From the IMG/VR virus record IMGVR_UViG_3300050343_000215, positions 96,001 to 160,000 of that record: a DNA stretch of 64,000 bases, one strand, 5' to 3'. The notes under the pieces were generated by a model. The model did no database searches and had not been told where the DNA came from. It saw only the letters and a list, made by a program, of their open reading frames with translations. This stretch comes from a virus. The position numbers and the translations under genes are program-made. Shown here piece after piece: positions 57,409-64,000 of the stretch. Position 1 is the first letter of the stretch; every line of letters begins with the position of its first letter.

Positions 57409-60400
57409 TCACCCTCGCCAAGCGAGTCTCAAATAATCACCATCTGCTTGTGCTGATGCTGTTGTTCCTTTAGATCCTCTGACGACTGTGAAGTCTTGAC
57501 CAGAGATTGATGTGTATTCCATAGTTTCATCACCAAATTCCAAATATCCTGCGGGTGGGAAATTTGCCACATTACCTGTTACTGTAACGGTAGTAACAGT
57601 GTCATTAATGGATCCATTAAGTGTCAAACCATATGCAACATAGGCATCAAGAGGAAGATTAATAATAACCCCACCTGCGGAACCATATGCAACACCTGCA
57701 TGTGTAGTAAAGTCTCCAATTGTGATATTTGGAGCATAACGTGTCATATGTTCAATAGTAACTCCCGTTCCGAGGTAATTCGCAAGAGGATCATTAAGTT
57801 GTGTGGGTTCAAACTTGAACTTGAGTTGATCAAATGTATTCAGGTTATATGCAAGTCCAGGTTGCGAAATGTCTTTATTAGTTTTAACTTGTGTCTCAAC
57901 ATGAGTAGTTCTTTCTGCAGTAATCTGAGAAATCACCAAAGGAAGATCACTATCTTCATCATCTTGATTTACAACACCAAACCCAATCGCGGCATGATTA
58001 TAATCTATACTAGTAATGGTATGATAAGGTCTGGTGAATAAAGGTGTTTGTGGTCTAATAATTTCATACTTTTTAGCAAAAATTAACTCAGGAGCTTCAG
58101 TATAACCAGATCCACCATTCGTGATTACAACATTGGTAACTTTACCATTAGTAATTTCAGCATACGCTTCTGCACCTGTCCCAGGATTGTCACAAGCAAC
58201 CTTGAATAGAACTTCTGGAGCAACATCATATTCAAGTCCAGAGTTCGTAATTTGAATGCCAGTTACTTGATAATCAAATACAGGGGGGACACCTTGCGCT
58301 GTTGCAATACCCACAGTTCCACTAACACCGATTGTGTTGCCTCCAGAAATAGGAACACCAGTTACCGTTGTATTTGCAACTGCATTCTTACCACGAACAT
58401 ATGAGTTATCAGTATAAACGAATGCGGTATAGAGTAAATTATCAGTATTCTCAAGTGCTCTTTGATCAATTCTAATAATCTGTTTAGGAGTTTCTCCATC
58501 AATCTTGATAAGATCTCCAGGTTTAATAATATCTCTAGTTAGAGCAGTTTTATTTCTGTATTTGCATCCATCAGGACTGTTCTCACCAATATACTGCAGA
58601 TCTTCATATACATCACCATTCCAGATAGAAATTGTTTTGTCAAAAGTTTTCCCGTAAAAATAGAGACAATGACAACTTTTTCCTGCCTGAGGTGCTTCAG
58701 TGAAAGTAAGAACGTTATCAACAATAGTATATGAAACTCCTTCTGATTGAGGAACACCATCAAGCAATACTAAAATTTGGTGTACATCAGGAGGGATAAT
58801 GTTATCAGCACCAAACTGCAATTCAACAGATTTTCTACCACCATCTAAAAGATGTGAGAAGTTGTTTATAATTTTATATTTACTAAAAGTATATCCAAAG
58901 AAATGCCTTTCTCTTTGAAATGCATCAGTAAATACAATTTGATTTGGATTTACTGATCTATCAATTGTATAAGATTCTCCATAAATCTGCATTACTCCAT
59001 CAACAAAAATTAGAAGATTTTCATCTGCTTCTGTTACAACATTAGATCCATTTTTCCTAAAAAGATCATATCTTTTGGATGTGCCATCAAAGAGAATATC
59101 TTTGAGTTTATAGGAATACCTAGCATCATCAGCACCATCAACAAATTTGAAAAATGTTGAATAAAAAGTAGTTCCTTCTTTTGGTTTTTCGTAGAATGTT
59201 ATATCAGAATTTAGATACTTATATTGACCTTCAACATAAAGAGCATTAGTAATATCGGCAGAATCAAGAGTTCCAGATGTTGTAAGGAAGTCAGGAAGGA
59301 TAGTAAAGTCTTTATTATATAATTGGTTTGTGATGGCAAGTTTTGCCAGATCTCGCGCTTTATTAAATGCAGTTGTAGATTCTGCGACTTCACCTGCAAT
59401 ACCATTAGTAAGTAAAGAATTACCATCAATATAACGCTCTGTGGCACCAAGAATGTTGGAGTTACCACCAGATCTCATATCAGCAATAATGGCATCAACA
59501 ATAATTCCAAGATCTCGCTTACACTTACCTTCTCCGAAAGAAGGAACTCGCATAGACTCAATTGGTAGTGCTAATGGTGATACTAACGATCCTTGATTGA
59601 GATACAACGTCACAATGCTGACAAGGTTGTCAATATTGCTCTGAACATCAGCACAAGCACCATTACTACTATTTGTAATAGGAGCATTCACCACAGGTCT
59701 TACAATGGCATCGGTTGCTGCTCTGATAAAAGTATGTGAATACTCACTACCTGAAATAACCACAACTTGATTCAATGCACTAGCAGTAGCACTTACAAAT
59801 GTATGAGTGTAATTGCCACCAGATATAACAGCTCCAGTTGTTGCGGAAACAAATGTATGTGGATCAGTATTTGTGGAAGGGACAGTTGTTAATACTTGGA
59901 GAGTAATTGTAGTTGCAGTTACTGACTCAATATTAATTGCAGTATCATAGAATGGATCATTACCATTAGATCTAGGATATGTCTTTTCTGCAGCAGCACC
60001 AGTAGCACCACCAAATCCACAACTAAATGTTAGTGAGTTGGGTGCTAATTTAATACTTGTGCCAGCAGTTAAACTATGAGAACCAATTTCAAGAACCATC
60101 AATCCTGTGCTAGGATCGTATGTTGTTCCTGTAGTTGGAGTGAATGTTACAAGTGGAGATGCTCCAATGTTTACAGTAAGTTGATCATTGGTTGCAGAAA
60201 TGACATTGAGTCGTTTATTAGAAGCAGGATCAGTTGATCTTGGATATGTTTTATTGGATGTATTTCCATCCATTAAGCAACTGAATGTAAGACTCCCATC
60301 TCCAATGATAATACCATCTCCTGCGGTAAATCCATGATTAGCTGATGTAATACCTAAAATTCCAGTGGTAGCATCATAGGTCGCATCAGTTACTGTGTAA

Positions 60401-63400
60401 AGTCTTGGGACATATGTATGAACTGAGGTATCAGTAGAGCCACCAACATTAATTGTGATAGTAGTTGCAGTCTTTGTGACAATAGGTACTGCTGTGTCAA
60501 AGGTCTTATCTTTTTTCTTTTTGATACCATATAATGTAGAGCGAACAAAAGTATGATTGGAAGTGTCAGAAGAAACTCCAACTTTTACCTTGAATGAATC
60601 ATAATAAACATCATAAATTGCAATCCACTTCCCACTAACAGGATCAGATGAACGAGGATAAGTATGTTCAGTTTGATCTCCATCTCTGGCACATGTAAAT
60701 ACCAAAGAATCATCATCAAATTTGATGAAATCTCCTTTCTCCCATCCATGATTTTCAACAGTAACTGTAAGAACTCCGTCTGAAGGATTATAGACAGCAT
60801 TGCTTACAGTTTCAGTAAGAATAGTTGTCTTAGGATATGAATGCTCAGTCTGATCATTATCTAAGGAACATGTGAATGTAATTGATTCTGGTTCAATCTT
60901 AACACTTGTACCTGCTCCTTAACGAGTGGTTGCTCCAATAGTTAACTCAACATCTCCTGATACGGGATCATAATCAGCATCACTAATAGTAAAAGTTTTT
61001 TCTGGACTTGCTCCTACAGTAATATCAAACGTATCTGTAGTAACATTAGAAACTGCTAAAGATTGCTCATGGTTTCCATCAGCAAGTCTTGGATATGATT
61101 TTTCTGCAACATTACCATCCATTCCACAATTAAATGTTAATCCGTTTGACTTGATTACAACATCATCTCCATTATTAAGACCATGATTGGCAAGTGTTAC
61201 TTGAGCAAGACCTGTTACAGCGTTATAAGTGACATTTGTTGGTGTTCCTACCGCAGTACCCCAATAATTTGCATTAGCAGCAGTAATTGTAAGATCCTTT
61301 TCCAGCAACTGATTAACAATTGCCTGCTTCATAAGATCTCTGACCTTATTGAATGCAGTGACAGACTGAAGAATCTCGCCATCAAGACCATTAGTAATAA
61401 ATGTTGTTCCAGAAACGTTAAAGTATTGCTTGAGGAACTTACGAGCATAGACATTACCACCTGTGTGGATGTCTAATGCCATAGCATCAACAAATAATCC
61501 AATATCACGCTTACACTTTGCTTCTCCAATTCTGTCAGATCCGATAGTTTCTACTGGAAGACCAGTAATAGATCCTGCTGTAATAGCATCATTTACAATA
61601 CCAGCAAGAACTGTAATAGCAGATGTTACGTTAGCACATAAAGGAGCACCAAGAGGATCGGGAGTGATTGTAGTATCAGTAATTGTAAGTTGATTAGTAA
61701 ACGCAAGGATCATATTATCCTTAGCGGCAGTAAATCCATCAACTGATGCTAATTCCTCACCAAGTAATCCATTCGTAAGAGGATTTCCAGCACCGTCAAA
61801 ATACTGTAATGCAAATTTACGCGCATACTCGTTACCACCATTAACGAGGTCAAGTGAAGTATAATCAATAAACAATCCGATATCACGCTTACACTTAGTT
61901 TCTACAGCAGCATCTGCAGGATTTGATCCACCCTGCATAGTTGTCCAAGCATTATCAATGATCTCAGTTCTATTTTGCTGAATGAGTCTGTAAGCGTCCT
62001 TGAAGCGATAATCACTTGCAGTAGTAGGATCTAACGGATAAACAAAATCAGGATAGTCTACGGCGATCTGAGCAGCACCTCTGTCAACTAATTCCTTACG
62101 GTTGATCATAATTAAACGATAAGCATCTCTGTATCTGCTATATCCATTAGTCTCAGGATCATTAGGATAGAAGAAATCAGGATACTGTAGAGAAATTTCA
62201 GCATTTGCTCTATCAATAATCTCAAATTTATTCGCATTAATTAAGTTAGCACCATCTCTATGTCTATTTGCACTAACTGGTCCTTTAGTTGGATCAGTCC
62301 AAATACCACCATTTTTAACAGGTCTTGTTAGAGATGGATTTGCAGTATAATATGTTAAAATTGTTGTTAGGTTATCAATCGTTGATTGAACATCAGCACA
62401 AACTGCTGGATTATTATTAGTTAATGTTCCATTTGGATTATTAATAGTTGATCTGAAACTGTTGGATGATGGAACATCATAAATTTCAAATTTATCATTA
62501 AAGTTTATGTTCGCAACAGAATTTACCACACCAGAAATATGAAGATACTTTTGATCGGGATAAGTCGTTCCAGATACAGTAACTGCTAATCCATGGTCAC
62601 CATCAGTAGTAACAGTCATCATACCAGCGTCATATGAAATGCCAGTGATATTTTGTGTTTGATATGGTTCTTGGAATATCTCATTCAAAGAAACCATGAC
62701 AGATGTATTTGAAGTATCTGTCGGAAAATTGCCATCATTTGTAGATAATGCAAATACAGATCTAGCCCCATCAAAACTAGCAGAAATATCTGCCATTTTA
62801 ATAGATTCAATCTGATTATCTAAGAAATTAAGTCTTGCTGAACCTGATCCCCCGTAAGATTTGAGATTAGCAGTTTTTATTGTTGAAAGTTCATACTTTT
62901 TAAATACAATGTCTGATTCAACACTGATATTTGGAAGTTCAATAATAACTTCGTTCGCATGTGGGTCATTGGCAAGACCAATACTAAATGGTCTTCCAGT
63001 TACTGTGTCTTCAAAATCTACATCATTTTCAACTGCGACCTCGCCAAACAATTTAAATCCAAGTGGATGAGTCGTTTCATCTACATATTGCTTATAATCA
63101 TTTAAACTTCTTGTGCTTCTGATAACATAAGAGAAATCTTGGAAATAGTTACTATCAGTAATTTTTTGAGAGGACGAACTAATCTTACCAAGATCAGAAT
63201 CATAGAAACCAACTTTGCCAATAAAAGATTTAACTAATCCAACAACATCTGGATTAGTTACATATGTAACTGTAGATGTATACTGATTAATTTGACCAGT
63301 TAATACATCATTTATTTCTAATTCTCCTTTGACAACAACAAGATTAAGTAAATAAATTTGGTTTCCAATTAATCTAATCTCATCAATTTTAGCCTCAAAT

Positions 63401-64000
63401 CCACCAGATGTTGATACAACTTCTGATAACTTATAAGTATTGCTTCCTAAACCTTTGATGATAACTTTTTTGTTGAATAAAAGTGATTTACTAAGAGTTC
63501 TGTCAGAAGTAAATTGACTTCCATTATTGCTGAACCGAACAGTCTTAACTTTACCAATGTTACTACCTTCAGCATAAATTTTCGCATTAGTATCTACTGC
63601 AGTAATAGTATCACTATCTGCATAACCATTTCCAGGATTGTCTACTGTTACTGAAACAATTCTTTCATTGAGAATAACTGGTGTTAATTTTGCACCAGAT
63701 CCAGTAGTAGTGTTTATGAATATTTTAGTTGATGAAGAATATCTAGATCCATTAGACAATACAGTGACATCAGAAATAGAACCACTAACCAAAGTCAAAC
63801 TAGACCTAAAATCATCTAACAAACTGTGTGTAATTCCCTCAACTTTAGGAAGTTTTTTATACCCCTCACCACCATCAATTACTGAAATAGTTGAGATTTG
63901 TCCAGTTGAAGTCAATGATGTTGTTTTATATGAAACTAAATTTAACCATTCGCTTACTTCTGGTTGGAATGGAGCAGGGAATTGAAATTTAGTGGAGTCA
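57409..64000 (-). CDS. gp7: Giant baseplate wedge initiator (gp7-like), 5' end outside the window, one in-frame TAA at 60919-60921
   Basis: Track ORFs 60919..63915 and 57409..60705 are in the same frame with no other stop between them, and the frame is open to the window edge. DSNYFQDFSYVIRS, HPLGFKLFGEV motifs; lies upstream of gp8. Confidence 0.75.

Noticed and set aside
6739-60945. Programmed frameshifting or stop-codon reassignment as the explanation for the three broken genes
   Set aside because: The lesions are heterogeneous single-base indels without slippery motifs, and all intact genes end normally at TAA, TGA or TAG. Sequencing error is more parsimonious.
748-63985. Many short plus-strand and alternative-frame ORFs in the track that overlap core genes
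   Set aside because: Antisense or off-frame shadows of well-supported genes, with no RBS, promoter or recognisable motif.
1-64000. tRNA genes, group I introns or inteins in gp17/gp20/gp23/uvsW, homing endonucleases
   Set aside because: No cloverleaf, intron-split gene, intein motif, or GIY-YIG/HNH catalytic motif was recognised; core genes have ordinary lengths.

Overview
A 64-kb segment of a T4-like cyanobacterial myovirus (cyanomyovirus, probably infecting Synechococcus or Prochlorococcus). Almost all genes are on the minus strand. In transcription order (right to left) it holds: a baseplate and fibre region (giant gp7-like protein running off the window end, gp8, a 2526-aa DUF4815-type protein, fibre and adhesin genes, and 2094-aa and 1899-aa repeat-rich virion proteins); neck, terminase, sheath, tube, portal and capsid genes (gp13-gp23); gp3, uvsY, uvsW, gp55, gp47, gp46, gp45, gp44, dam, gp62 and regA; and an accessory block with hsp20, petF and a Pol-beta-family nucleotidyltransferase. 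One three-gene cassette (Sm-like gene plus two 2OG-Fe(II)-oxygenase-like genes) lies on the plus strand. I found no tRNA, CRISPR array, intron, integrase or reverse transcriptase. Best novelty candidates: (1) a ~55-nt unit with its own late promoter and terminator, directly upstream of the nucleotidyltransferase and an Sm-like gene; (2) four dispersed Sm/LSm-like paralogues; (3) back-to-back sigma70 promoters sharing one -35 box at gp55, one firing antisense; (4) late promoters built into terminator hairpins; (5) an apparently active/inactive oxygenase pair; (6) three small ORFs missed by the ORF track. Three genes carry indel-type lesions, which suggests sequencing or assembly error, so frameshift-based claims need read-level checks. 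Family assignments come from motif recognition only; no searches were run.
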